From Yuukianura sp. NJ FZ-2021 (lineage: Eukaryota): a stretch of 64,000 nt of DNA. The stretch lies in contig CM102288.1 in NCBI GenBank assembly GCA_046563655.1, positions 3,596,001-3,660,000 of the forward strand, given 5' to 3'. The translations under genes and the position numbers were made by a program. Of this stretch, positions 1 to 14,300 are shown one piece after another (position 1 is the stretch's first letter; each line of letters starts with the position of its first letter). The notes under the pieces were generated by a model that was not told the origin of the DNA, did not search any database, and saw only the letters and a list, made by a program, of their open reading frames with translations.

Positions 1-2394
1 GCCCTGGAAGCTGCTTCGCCTGGGACATTGGAGGTTCAGGGAAGCGCTGATGGTCGTCTGGGGGGTTTCCCTCATCACAACTTTCACCACTTCCAATTCC
101 CATTCTCATCATCCCCAACAAATTATGAGGGCAGGGGGAAGTTAGGCTAGCCTAACATAACATGACTTTGGCGAGAAAGTTGGAGTTAAGAGGGAAGAAA
201 AGACGAGGATGTAAAATTAGGCTGGAAGTTACGATATTCCAACATAATCAAAATGAATCAACCTAAAACTAGCCCATTTTCAGGCAATTTTCATAAAACT
301 TTCTCTTCTTCTCTGCCTAATTTTCATACCTAAGATTTTGTTTAAAATTTTACCTTGTTTTACTTTTTTTTCCCCATCTTTCATCAAATTTAATTGGATG
401 CTGCTCCACTTTCACTAATTTGAACCTTGTTTGTAATATAAAATTTCGAAAAATTACCGTAAAACTTCAAATTCAGGCGTGTTCTTTGAAGTTTAAACGA
501 GGTAATACCTGCTTTTCTTTTTTTTTTTCAAAAAGTTTGCAATAAACTTTGTAAATTGCAACATCAGCAGTATTGTCTCAAAGTGTTTCTTTTGAAACTA
601 AATTGGTATGGGCACGAAAGAAACAAAATTTAAGGGGGTTTAGAACAAGGATTGTTATTTTTTTGAAAGTTTAGATTTTTTAACATGTTTTTCTGAAATA
701 GAAAGCTGGAAAACTGCTTTTTTTCTGTTCTGAATTTGAGCCAAATTACGACAAGAGTCCAAAAGACAAATGTCTTTTTTGCTCGTTTTTTCAATTACAG
801 GACGCAGACAGGAGCAAACAAGGAGCAGCTTCTTTCTCTTGTGAAATTCGTAACTTTCTCTGTTCTTCTTCCCACATATTTTATTTGTAGCTTTTTCTGA
901 AAAAAAAAAACTTTGGAAAGCGATTTGTAAAGGTGAAAACTTATTTTGGAGAACCGGAGGAATCAGTTTGAGTTTCTCTTTGTTTCTACAAAAAAGAGTC
1001 AGAGAAAAGAGAGGAGAATGATAAATGAGCTCTTAAGTGAAATTGAAGACGACCCAGGGTTGGCGTCGTATTCTAAGGACATGGTTGTTTAGAAAATGGA
1101 CTTTTTGAAATTTGGCACCTCCAGTAGCTAGTGTTCGTGTTGTAAAAAGTAGTGTTTGGGACAATTTGTGCTTATTGTCTAGTGTAAAGAAAGAGACTTT
1201 GGAGGTCTTACTCCTGTAATAGGATTTTCATGATTTATGGAGTGGAAAACATTTAACGCCCCATGAATCACTTCCCTTCATTTCCTCTCTCCCGCCCTCC
1301 GCACCTTTCACTTTTCAAAAAACAGTCAACTTCATTCAAAAACGAAATTTTACTTCAATTCAAAATTTTGAACTACCATTTTTCACTTGAAAATTAAATC
1401 AAACTTTCACTTAAAAAAATGAAAACAAGCTGCGGATGTCCTTTGACGTCGTTCTTAAAATTTCGCCATTTTTTGTTGCTTAAAAACCAGCAAATTTTGA
1501 ATGAATTTTTGAATCGCAAAAGTGAAAGTGTAAAAATGAAACTTAACAAAATGGAAATTTAGATTTTAGGTTTTTGTGTATTTTTTAGCCTAAGTTTTTG
1601 TTGAACCATCGTATATTTCCATTTCCATTATGCATTACGGCTGTTGGTTGTGTTTTTGGAGGGAGTAAGTAGGATGTTGGAGTGTAATTTATAATTTGGG
1701 GGCGGAGTGGGGTTGAAATGTCGTCTCCAGTGAGCCATTTCTCGTGTGTTTCCTTGGACTTGGCTGTTGGTAAATTGTTATGTAAGAGGACTTCCAGTCT
1801 CCGTAAGGGAGACATAAAGGGAATAAATTGTTCCAAGGAAAAATACACGACACAACTCCCCCTCCCTTCCAATTTCTTTATTTCTGCCCCCTTTTCATTT
1901 GGCTAACCTTAAGGGCCCCCGACCAGGAGATGGGGGAGGGTTCGCGGAATTTAGGATTCACTGGGGACTTGAAGCGTCGTGGGCTGCATGCCGCTTTGCT
2001 GTCTCTCGGAAGACGAGCAACAGCAGGAAATCTGTCTCGAAAAAAGGAGAGACGGGGGATCGCATCCCGCTTAACGTTGGGGTAATAAAAAAAAAAAGAA
2101 AGCGACTACTTTGGTCCCGAAAGGGAAATGGTGATTTCAAGATTAGGCTCTTAAGATCCCAAACGCAGTTGATTGTGTCCGACATCCAACAGGATTTCAG
2201 CAGTTTTCAAAAAATGTTCCTATTTTGGAGAAGCACTTTAGTGCGTACAAGAAAAAACGAAAGTTCGGTTGAATCTGTTTTCTGAGTGGCTTCCGCCTAT
2301 AAAATCCGTGCGGACGGGTCAGAAAATGAAAATTGCCCTCGTCCTAATATTTTTTTGTGAAATTTTGAAAATTTTGTTTTTTTAACTGTTATAG

Positions 2395-5300
2395 GTCAAG
2401 TCCTCTGTAACGGATGCAGGGAAGAAACACATCGAGCCAAGATGTTTTCAGCTCACGATATCATTCCCGTCTCAAGACATACAAAAGAAACGCCGAAAAA
2501 GGTAATGTTATTCCCAAAATGAAAAATTTTCGTGACTTTTTGAATTCTGAAAACTAGACAAATTTGAAATTTCATATTTTTCTTCCGCTTTGCAGTGCTC
2601 AGTACATGGAGAACATTTTATCATGTTCTCTACCGTTCGGAAGACGATGTTATGTATCAACTGTTACCGTGACGAGGAGATGCAAGGTCGTCTACACTGT
2701 GTCGACTTGGACACGGCCTACAATCAAGGATGTCGCAAACTAGATCGAGCAGTAATGGTAAATGTCAACTTACACTTTATGCTCTCCATATGTTTATCAT
2801 TACGGTCCTTCCTGTCCTATTTTTCCCGCTCTTTTCAAAATTCAATCACTTCCGCCATTTCTCCATTTGCAAAAAAAGAGAGAGGAAAAAAGATTTTGGA
2901 GGGAGAAAGTTGGAGACAGGGATAAATCCTCACTTTTTTCAAAAAGGAACTTCTCTTATGCTTCACCAGAGACCAACAAAGGAATCAAATGCAGTCCTTT
3001 CAAAATGTGTCTTTTTGGAAATCCTTTTTTCGTTTTTTTCTTTCGTTTTTTCCAAATCCTCCTTATTTATTTTTTCCAACTGGAAACGCTCTAGAGAAAA
3101 AAAAGTAAATTGCCAATTTCCATGAGGCTTAACACTCGCAAAATCCGAGGCTTGGAGCATAAGATGTTGGGAAATATTGAAATTAGGAAGCCACTTAAGG
3201 ATCTACTTGGATTTGAAATTTTCCATGGGAGAGAATCCTCCTGGAGGAGGAGGGAGGAGGAGGAGGGAGGAAGATGAAATGGAGGATAATAATGGTGGAT
3301 TAAAATTAAGTGGGAAGCTGTATGGAATTTTAGTTTGCTTGGAACTTTGTTGACTCTACTTTCTCTGCATGATGCTAAAATCTGAATGTCTATGTTAGGG
3401 TATGAAAAATGTCTAACGTTAAAGTCTAAAGACCTAATGTAAAAGGTTATGGTTGTGCTAAAAGTTGTTTGTAAAGATGGGCGTGTTGTGAAACATGATG
3501 ACGTTGAAGAGAGGGCTAATGATGTTGAATTTTTGGATTTTATAAACATCAGCGTTTCAGAGGAAACGAGAATCTCGCTGAAATCGAAATCCACTTTTAG
3601 TTTATAGAGTTGAGCTGCATGCTGAGCACAGCAGTTCCGGGTGATTTAAATCAGCTCGAAATTTTAATCGATTTTTAACGATTTAATGTAATGCAAAGTC
3701 AAAAAAAAAACGAATACCCGATGATGACTAAACCAATACAACTCAAGCGAACAACGTCTTCAACCTGACTCTAAACTTGTGGGTTACTTTTTGTTTGACA
3801 AAAGCAAATTTGAATGGCGTGAATGTATTTTTGAATGGACTTTTGAATCACAGTTGTGTTGAAACGTTTGAGTTTAATTTCGTTGTGAGTAAAATTCATG
3901 AAGAGCTGAACTCTGACATGCTGAGTTGACAGTGATATTTTGGGACTAAGGGGAAATGTTAGGTTAGTTGATTAAGGAAAGTAGTGGAAAAACGGGGGCT
4001 AAATTTGTGAAATGTGAATACTGTGTTTAATGTAAACATTTTAGTTAGTATTTGGATCATTTTACATTAGGTTTTCTCTCTGGAGGTTTTCCAGTGTTTT
4101 AGAAACTTCGAGACTTGGTTCCATTTTGAGCAAATGATTTCCAGTTGATTCTTCCAGTTGAGCACACAATTTTATCCTGTTTCTCGTTTTGTTTCCCCGG
4201 AGAACCGAATTTCGGTTTAAAACCGAAACGGGGATTCAACTTTGTAATTACAAGACTATGTTCACACTTTCCGAACTTTTCCGAAAACGTAAGCTAACTG
4301 TATGAGGTTGATAGGAGCGGCGGGTCAATTTAAGTGTGAAAATGGGTCCGAATGTCATTTGGGACAAAAAGGGAGAGAAGAAAGTTGCCAGAGAAGACTT
4401 TTTCGTTTTTTTTTATTGGAGTCACATTGGGGGAACAGACTGTTGGCAAAGTGCCTTGGGGAAAAAGAATGGAACCTACTTCCAAAATGACTCTTTCTCT
4501 GAGTAACCTAACTTTCTCTAGGCCAAAAACCCGGGTTTTTCTCTTTTAAATGGATGAAGAACATTTTTTAAAACAAAAAACAAGAAAGTTGTCAAGAACA
4601 GAAAGTGGTTTTCTTGTACAACAGCAGAGATTTTAGTTTAGGTTTAGTTAGAACAAAGAAAGCCCATTTCCGGTGTACAAAGTTGATTTGAATTCATGGT
4701 CGTTTTTTGCAGAAAAAACAAGATTCTAGTTTTTGCAAATTTCAGAGTTTGGCACAAAACCGGTTTCGAAATTAGCAGGTTTTGCGCATGGTGAAAGTTT
4801 GCTCCTCCCCGAGAATGACGTAGTTTTTTTTAAGAAACGAGTAAAAATTTCGAACAATTCTGAAAACTCGAACTTCTGCGATCGTCTCGTATGACGCAAA
4901 CCGCAGTAAGGTTTCCTTTTTTGGAAGAAATTTTGAAAATTGAGAAAGTTGTTATTTTGGAAAAAGAGTTTGAAAATTGCTTTGGAGAAATAAGTTTTGA
5001 AGTGGAGTGTTTTCTGAAAAAGTGAAAGTTTGGCTGCGGAAACCACGAGCCCCTTGAAGGCTCGTTTTTTCTAGACGAAGAGAGAGACGGGGAAAGTGGA
5101 TACACTTGAAATGTTATCTTCGTGGCCCCACCATGGTGGGTCTCGTTGGTTTCTGTAAATCTGGGCAAACCTAAAGTCAATTTGTACAGCCAGTGGTAGT
5201 AACTATGAAAAGAGAGGAAGTGAGTAGAGTGAAAGTGGTTTGCTTAGTTTCATGTTGCTTTAACTTTTGTAACTGTTGTAGAGTCTTCGTGATCTTCAAG

Positions 5301-8300
5301 TGGCCGTGAGAGATGGGATAACGATGTTGAAGAACGTTCTGGAGGAACTGCGCCGGAACTCTGACTCTGAGAAGAGTGCTGTTAGTGCTGTCTGTCAAAC
5401 CATTCTGGACGCTCTGACCAAAACGCAGGAAAATCTGCTCAGGGATGTTGACTGGTAAGCAAAACACACACAAAATGAAGAAAAAATAGCAAAAGGAATT
5501 TAGCGCTTCGCTGAGCGGCAACAAACAATAAGCACCGATCCGATTTCTGCTGCTTTCACTTTTAGATTTTCAGATTTTTTTGGGAGTTCGTAGAAAGAAA
5601 AACGAAAATGTGAAACTCTCGTTGGAGATTGTTTGGTTGCAAAATTTATTTTTAGGTTTTCAAATTTTGGTGGGAGCGAGAAAGGTCAAGCGCTTACCTT
5701 GTGGATTGGGGGGAGGGGGGTACTTGAGTGGGTGAGTCAAGGGGTTTGTGCTGGCTCGTTGGTTGAGTCGCTGGAGTTGAGGTATTGATTTAAAATGGCC
5801 CTGGAGGGGCCAAGTGGGTCCTATCGATTGAATCAAGGGATTTTTCCCATCAGTCAGACTAAAAAGCCCAGGAGCAAGCCCATTTACGACGGCGGAAGGA
5901 AGATTCAAACCCACGGCCGTGGAGAAAGGAGAGAAAGTGCTCCACCTTCTCTAGGCCCAATTTATCTCTCCGGAAAGTTGAGGCAGATTTATATGGAGAC
6001 TCCTTTTACTCCACTTACCTTCTGCCTCTCCTCAATTGTAAAAACTAGAAATACTTCTCCCTTTGTTAGGTATCCCACTCTGATCTGAATATAAACCCAT
6101 ATGGGTACAAATCACCCATGACTATATACCCATATGCGTACAAATAAACTGTAAGTTGACCCATATATTAGATACATGTCTGTGTTTACTATAACCCGAT
6201 AAGAGTAAATTACATAAATCAATCATCAATCCTTACTAATATTACACCGAAAGGTAAACTAACCCATATGGGTTAAGCATAAACTAAAATCAGAAAAAAT
6301 GTATTGCGCGTACTTTCCGAAAGGGAGGTTTTTCTAGCCTTTTTTTGAGAATTTAGAAATTGAAACTGCTTCCTTCCGGCGGGTATGTTAGGTTAGTAAA
6401 CTTTGTAGAAGTGAATCATAACTCATGGCTAATCGCTTCTAACGACCCTGAATGAGGCTGAAGTTCTGTAGGATTTACAGTTAGGGTTTGGATCCTAACC
6501 CAGAACCCGATTAATTACAATCTGTCACCGTCACCCCATCCAAACGGTCTTCATTAGCCTAAAAGGACACTTTCAATTTTTAGTTTTGGTATAACATGAC
6601 CTAACTTTAGATTTTATACCCGCATCTTCTCTAACAGAAGACAAGAGTTCTCACTTCATCACGAACTTTGTGACAACTTGTGTCAAGACATCAAAAAAAA
6701 TTTATTCGCGCCGCATAACTCCTGCTCCGTTTTGAAATTTTCTTAATCTTGCTTGTTCGATTTTTTGTGTCTGTTTAGCTGTTTTTACAATTTTTTTAGT
6801 TCCTTTTTGAACTGAATTGTGTTTAGCATAAAAAATTCTGCGCGTAAATTTTCTCTGTACGTGAAGAAAAGCAAAAATTTTCGAGAAGAAGAATAAACGA
6901 AGTGTTAAATTGAAGAGTTTTTCTTTCTGCTTTTCTGAATTCTTGATTTAAAAAAACGGGACAAGACAAAGAAGATGGAGAAAGGGAAAGTTGCATTTTT
7001 TAAGTTTCCCTCCGTGTGCATTCATTTATAAAAGTGACAGAGAGTGAAAGTGGTTCATTTAAAAAAGAGGGCTTTGGAGGGAAAGCTCTCAACGTCCAAT
7101 CCGCACTTTCTCTCCTTTGTTAAATTTGAAATTTCCCACTCTTTTTACTCCTTCTTGGATCCTAAATCTCTGTTATTTTATAAATGAATTTATTATGTAA
7201 ACGAAGCCAACGAAGGTTTTGAGCAGTTCCTTCCTAGCGGAAATGGAAAATTCTCACTCCCTCCTCCTCCTCCTCCGAATTCGGAGGGAGGAGGAGGCTT
7301 GAGCAGAATGTCAATGGAGCCATCGTCCGTGGTTTCGGGTTTAATGAAATTGGTTTAATTAAAGGGAGAACAAAGGGCGGGAGTGGTTGTGTGCAGAGGA
7401 GCAAGTAATTTCATGAATTTCATTTCAAGTGTGTTGTACGGCTTTTCAAAAGCAGTTTGTGGTAGTGACAATTTGACAAGGGGAGGCAGGTGGGATTTAA
7501 TTTCGAGTGTATGGAATATGTTATTGTATTAATATGTTATTTTATTCTATTAATGTGTTATTTTATTTTAATAGTCAGTCAGAAGTAAAGGACAAAGTGA
7601 TTCGGGGTCAACTGTGTCAACTCCGAGCTGTTCTGCCTACGATAAAACTACATCTCACCATGTGTGCCAGTATTTCCAATGCAGCTAGCAAGTACGACTT
7701 TCTTGACTTGGCCTATCCGCTCATCGACCGTCTCACTGCCATTACTCACATGGGATATCCTATCAGGTAACATTTTTCAAAATTTTGAACTTTTTTTCAG
7801 AAATTTGAATTCTCAGGTTCATTTTTTCGCGAGGTCAAAAGGTCCTGTTAGATATAGCTGCTTAGTTTGGAAAACAGAATATCAGAATTTTGAATTTGTT
7901 AGATATTTCAACTGAAACAATTTCAGTTTTCCTGCAACATTTTCAATTTCAGTTTTTTAAACAAACAAAACTGTTTTTGGAGGAGAGAAAGTTGAAGCTT
8001 TTTGTTGAAATTTGCATACAACGGACTTAAAATCACAACGGATTTAAAAAGAGATGGAATCCCTAGGATGATCTTGTTTCAAAAACCTTGTTCTTTTCTT
8101 TGTCAAAATTGAATTACGTTTTGTCTGTTTGAATTGGTTTTTGTGGAGTCCATTTCCTTTTGTGGTTTGTGTATTTGACGAGAACGGTGAGTTTGAGTTA
8201 GGTTTTAGGGCAATTCAGGGTAGGTTATTGTAAAGTTAGGTTGAAAAAGAGTAGCAACGAGTAGATCGTCATTCAATTCTGAAAGTCAATTGGATTTTTG

Positions 8301-11300
8301 TAGAGATTCCTTTCAAGGAAATACTGGTCCATATGTCAAGTCAACCAAGAACTGACAACACTCACCTTACAAATTGGAAATTCAACCAAAAATACCACAA
8401 CTTTCACTTTTATAACAACTCCCTTACGTTGAAAAAAAAATTGAAAAAGTTAGTTTTTAAAAATTTGTTGTAACCTAGGTATAATCCATAGAACGGCTTC
8501 GGCTTTTTCGAAATTTGAAATGAAGTATTGTGACGTAAAACTCGTTTTTTTTTGTAAACTGAAAGTTGAAAGTGTGTCAAATTTGAGTTTTCGACTTTTT
8601 GTGGTTTTGAAATTTCGAAACGCCGAAATTTTGAAAATAGGCAACAAAAATCGAGTTTGAAAGTTGTATTTCATTGTGTTTTTGTCAAAGTTATACGCCT
8701 ATAAAACAAAGTCTTTTTGTATGGAAGTGGATTTTACGACTTTTCAAAACTGAACTTTCATGTTTTTATGATTGACAAACAAATGTGTTATCCTATTCAG
8801 CAATTCTCACTAAAAACTTTCTGAAATTTTAAGGGTTTTGAAGTTTTAGAACAAAGTTTAGAAAATATAAGAATTGAAAGTTTGAGCTACTTTTTGAAAA
8901 GGTTTCTGTGAAAGTTTTGGTAATAAATCAATGAATCTCTCTCTGCTTGGTGCTGGTTGTTCTAAAAAGAAGTTAATGAAAATTTTAAGTTTTTATTACC
9001 TTCCATTTTCCAGAGAGTTTTTGAAAAAGGATTTTGAGAAGGAGAAAAGTTGCTGTTCAGAACATGAACTGCTAGAAAATTGAAAATTCTTCTTTCCAGT
9101 TAGTTGTTTGGCAAAACTTGAAAATTCATTTTGAGTTTTCGCTCATTTTTGGAGAGAAATTAAACTTTTTTCCTTTTCCTCTCAAAATTTCCAGCCGTTG
9201 AGCTTGGGGAAAGTACTTGAAGTTGCTTTCACTTTCACTTCAACCTAAAATTGTATCCAGGTTATCATTTTCTAAAATCTCAAGATCCTTTTTCCTTTTT
9301 TTTTTCAATTATGGTTCACATGGGAGGTCAAAGGTCGACCTTCTTTCTATGTCAAGTTGATGCTCTCTTGAGAAATGGTTTTTGAATTTTCCTACTCTGG
9401 AGAGATTTTTTTTAGAACTTTTCTTTTCTTCGTTTTTCTCCTGAAGTCAAGAGAAAGATGATAATCGATATTTCTCCTTAGATTTTGAATTGTAGATTTC
9501 TCTACGTTGCTATTTTCAAAAATAAAAAGGAAAGGGAGAATCCAAATCCAAAAATTCATTTGAATGATGAGCCAGAGAAGAATTGTGTGGGAAGCCGATT
9601 TTTCCAATTCTCTTTTCCATCAAATTTTTTTGTTGGCGGGGAAAGCTCTGGGTTTTTTTTTTCTTTTTGAGGAGAAAGTCTCCCAATTTTTGTTTAGTAT
9701 TCTTATCACGGGTCTCCAGAGATGGGTAACCGAAGGGAAGAAAAAGTTGGGCAAAAAAGCTTATTTACTCCACTGAATTCTCGTTTCGAAAAATCAGAAG
9801 AAATTGGAACAATTCCAAAAAAAGTTGCTGTCAAGTATAACTCAACCGCCCAGGAAATGTACTTGGGCCGGGCAGAGGTCAAAGGTCAACTCTTCTTGTT
9901 TCAAATGTATTTGATTTTGTTTTTAAATTTGCAGGCCTGGACAAAGTAGTCAAATCAAATCGTCCTATAAATCCGAGATCGCTCGAACACTGGAGCCTTG
10001 GATCTCTGGAGCCCAACATGGACAGGGAGGGCCTGGAATGGCTGGAACCAGCCTCCTGACTGCCCCCCTGTCCTCCACTGCCTCCTTGTCACAACTTCCA
10101 AAAGACTATACGCATCCATCCATCAACTTGACCTCAGTTGACCCCACTGCTTTTACGGAACCAACGTACTCTCAGTACTACCCCATGTCAAGGTCAACTG
10201 TGACCCCCCATGGTCCACCCCCACCAATTCCACCCCCAAAGACCCCCCAGCGGTCAGATGCAACTTATGCAGCCCCCTCTAGTTCCGGTGGACGAAAAAC
10301 TCCGACTTCTTCCAAAAGTACCAAATCAGCCCTCGACTCTGTCGAGGAACAGTTCACATCCCACTGCCGTTCTTTCAGCACTTTTCTAAATGTAAGTTCA
10401 AATTTTTCAAAATTTTGACAAAAAAATTGATCACAGGTCGTAATTTGTCTTGGTGTAATAATCCTCTCGGCGAAATTGGGGATTCGCGAGAATTTTTCTT
10501 TCAAAGTCCCAACCTTTCAAAATCTTAGTTTTTTTTTTGTTCTCTCTGTGTTTTTTCCGTGATGATGCGCATTTAACGACCAGAACAAAACCTGAATTGT
10601 AATTTTTCATGCTAAATCATTTGCCTAACTTGAAAAAAAAAGTAGTCTAACTTTTCGTATTTTTTTTCAGGAACTGAATCAGCGTCTGGCTCGACTGAAG
10701 GAGCAAGTCCAAGATTTACATCGAGACGTGACTTTGCAAAGGGGAGCGGCCTATATTCAACGAACAGAAGCCGCACTTTGTGAAGGGCTCATTCTGGAAG
10801 AACAGCTCAATCGACGCCAGTAATCCTCTTTCCATATAATTTCATAATTTGTATAAAAAGTAAACAACAATTTTCAAAATTTGAGTTTTCATAAATTTCA
10901 GATGTGAAATGGAAAGAATTAAGAAGCTCCTGGAAACGAGTTGGAACGAACACATGCGGGTAGTTCGGATCGAACAAGAAGTGTTCCAAACACAAGTAAG
11001 AAAAAAACTCACTTTCTAAAAAACTTTCTATTAAAAAACTCGTTTTTACGCGCTTTTCTTACATACACACGTTCGTCATAAACTTTTCATACACGTATGA
11101 AAACAAACTTCCCTCTCTGGCACGAAAGAGAAAGATTTTCATTCAGAAAAGATTTTGTGCTCTTCAACGTGGCAATCGATTTTGAGTTTAGGAGGCACGT
11201 GCCCCATACATTTTTTTTTTGAAATGCAAGTTTCTTTGAAAATGTGGATTTGAGTTTTCGAAAAATGTCAATGTCGTGTCAATGACATTAGGAGAAAGTT

Positions 11301-14300
11301 CTTTGTTTGAGTTTCTCTGGTCCTGACGCTCTCAAATCTTTATGTTAAGTGGAATAAAAACAGAGACTCCGAAATGGTCTTGTACAACTTGAATAAAGAA
11401 TTCGCTCAATTGTACCAAATTCGCTGAATTCATATCTCTCCCTCTTTCGCGCCCTTTTGTTCCCAACTTTCTCTTTTTAAAACGGAGAAAAGAGGTTTGG
11501 AATGTTCCAGCGCTTTTTTTTATATTCCAGCAGCTCCTCTTGTGGAAAATATCACTTCTTCCCGCCCTCGTTTTTCTTTTGAATTTGTGAAATGGATCCA
11601 CCAGGATTCCAGTACTTTCTTCCCACTTTTTCACAAGAGAAAACTCAAACTCATCTTCAACCTCTCACATCCCTTTCTTTTCCTGCCTTCTACAGAGTTA
11701 GCTCTAGTTTTTACTGCCCCACTTTCACTTTTGCCACTTTTTTTGCTCTCATTTTTGGAATTTTTATGTTCATTTTTAAGGTTTTCGCCTTTCACGTTTT
11801 TGAGTGTTAGGTGCTTTTGGTTCGAGTTTTAACACCGAGTGAAAAGCAGGTTTTCGTTTTCGGTATTTTTTTTTACAACTTTCGGTTTTGCCGTATTTGA
11901 TGTTTTTCGTGAGTACTAACGCTCAACGTTTTCGAATTTGTATAGTGTTTTTGCGTTTTGGATTTTGGCGCTTTTGGAATATTCTGTGTGTTTGACTTTT
12001 AGTCGCTTTCACTTGGTTAAAAGTTCAGTGAAAGCGAACACATGATTAAGTGAAAACTCCAAAGTGTTTTAAGTTAGAGCGTTTTTAATCATTTCTGTTT
12101 GAGTTTTTTGGGCTTTTTGGGTTTTTTTGGCTTCAGTTTTAAGGTTTCTACTTTCACTTTCCATTTTTTTTTCTTTTTGATTTTTAGGAGTTTAGATTCT
12201 ATAGAAGTATTTTTTCCTTTTCCGTTTTTCCTAGAAACGGTTATTCCATTGTACTTTTGAGGTTCAAAAGGCTTAAGTTGAAATGGGATATTTTTGAAGA
12301 GTATTTTTTGGTTTTTTTTTTGTCATGCATGAAACCTTAGTAATGCTTTTTGAAGAAAATGCTTGGATTTTGAAACGTTACGTGGGAACGGAGCATTTGA
12401 AAGACAACAATGGTAGATCTTATGACCCGGCTTCCATTTTTTGAAAAACTGCCCACGAGAGATTCCATTTTTGGAAAAACTGCGAACCAGCGGTTCAATT
12501 TTTTTAAAACTTTCGTTGTGGAGCGAACTTTTGGTAAACAAAATAATTTTGGCAATGGACGCTCATATTTTCGGTATAAAATAAAATATAACCTTAGTAG
12601 TTCTACTTATTACGAAAACTTTTTAGGGTTTCGCGGTTTGGTTCAAAACGGTTATGCGCAGTTTTGGTTACAAATTGATATGGTCATAGCGGAACTTACA
12701 AAATTTTGAAAACGAGTTGAAGTTGGGTCGTTTTACTCAAATTTTATTTGAGTAGATTTTGAACAAAATTTTATCATGTATGGAACAAATTTTGGTAAAA
12801 GTGGAGTTGTTTTGAAAATAGTTGGACTGTTGCAACTAATAATTGAAGAGCTTATGATGACTGTTTTAACGGTTCTTTGAAATGGGCAAAACTTTTTCGT
12901 TTTTCGGGAGAAAGTGGCGGGTTTATTTGAAATTCCATCCAGAAAAAGTATGGTCTTTAGGTTAGTTAGTTTCTGGAAGAGAAAAAAAATGTTAGGTTTG
13001 GCAGAAGGTTGTGTTGGTTATGATGGGAATTTTGAAAAGACGGACCAACTCATGGACGGAATAGGATTTGAGTTCACTTCACTTCGTTTTTTATACGCCC
13101 AACGATTCTGGTTTCTGCTTTTACTTTATGATGAGCGCACTGCCCTTTTTCGAAAAAAAAAAGTTACTGTTTTTTCCTACTTTTTCAAAAAATCTTACCT
13201 TTTAGCGGAAGATGTTAGAGAACTTCTTTCTCGCTCGATCTCTGAATTTTTTTTTTCATTCCTTCCGTTTTTTCTTCAAACCGCTCCCGATCTTGATCCA
13301 ATTTTAGCCCATCTCCTGCTTTTCCTAAATTTTGGAATTGGAATTTTATGAATGATGGTATGCAGTAGTGGTGAAAGGGGCTTGCTTTTCACCGCGGCGG
13401 TTTTCTGCATGCGGTTTTGTTCGAACTTGTCTCAGAGGCTGGATGACAACGTCACCGCCCCTGTCGCCCGTGGTTTTCCTCCCGTCTTCACCCAAACCCT
13501 CAACTTTTCCTTCCAGAATTCCCCAAATCAGAAACTAGGTCTGGAATCTAATTTCCAAAATGATGTTTCCAGATTTTCAAAACAGTAAAAGTTGTTGTGG
13601 TTGTTCTTTTTTGAAAATGGATTGACAGAACGGATATGTCGGCTGGGGAAAGTAGGAAATGGAAGTTTGTGGCTTGGAAGCGGAGGCGGATTGACGCATT
13701 GAGCAGTGTACTGGTATTTGAGCAGTAGTTCTGGATGCTGGATACTGGCAGAAAGATGTAAACTAACACATTATGTTCAGTCCATTAAAGGAATGGCCAA
13801 TTCTGTTGGGGATAACGATAATGGGGAGACTAGTCTTATTGCCTCTGCGATGGAATCTTTTTGAATCTTGGTAAAAGTAGGAGTAAACTGGGTGAGAAGT
13901 TCACAAGTGAAAGTCTATTCTTTTCAAATGGACTTTTTCCAAAAAGGAGATTTTTTGAGTCAAAGCAATTCACAACTTTTTTCGTTTTCTTTCTTTCTTC
14001 CTTTCAATCAAAGCTTCCGAGAAACAGTTAAAGAGGAATTGGTCAATTGAGACTTTTATGAAAACCGGAATTGCTTCTCTCGACTATAACAAGAAAATTT
14101 CGAAAAAGTTTGATCATGAAAAAAAAAACTCTCTGCTTTTAGATCCAGTGAGAAGCTGGTAAAATTTTGTTTCGAAATTTTATAAAAACGTTTGCTGGGA
14201 GTATCAGTTTAGTAGTAGTTTTGAAATCGCTAGTCTGTTTTTTTTTTCATGTGTTGGACTGTTAAAAGAAAATTTCAAAATTTTGAAAAAGCGAGGAAAG

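Noticed and set aside
1..150. GC-richer open stretch at the window start
   Set aside because: No RING-like Cys/His pattern or convincing donor site, so it cannot be tied to RNF207.
7257..7297. Hairpin cctccgaattcggagg within CCT/GGA runs
   Set aside because: Explained by opposed trinucleotide microsatellites; no ncRNA features.
12330..12720. Possible MITE remnant in an RNF207 intron
   Set aside because: Only a short similarity (ccaNaactgcgcat) to ~21473; no definable termini.
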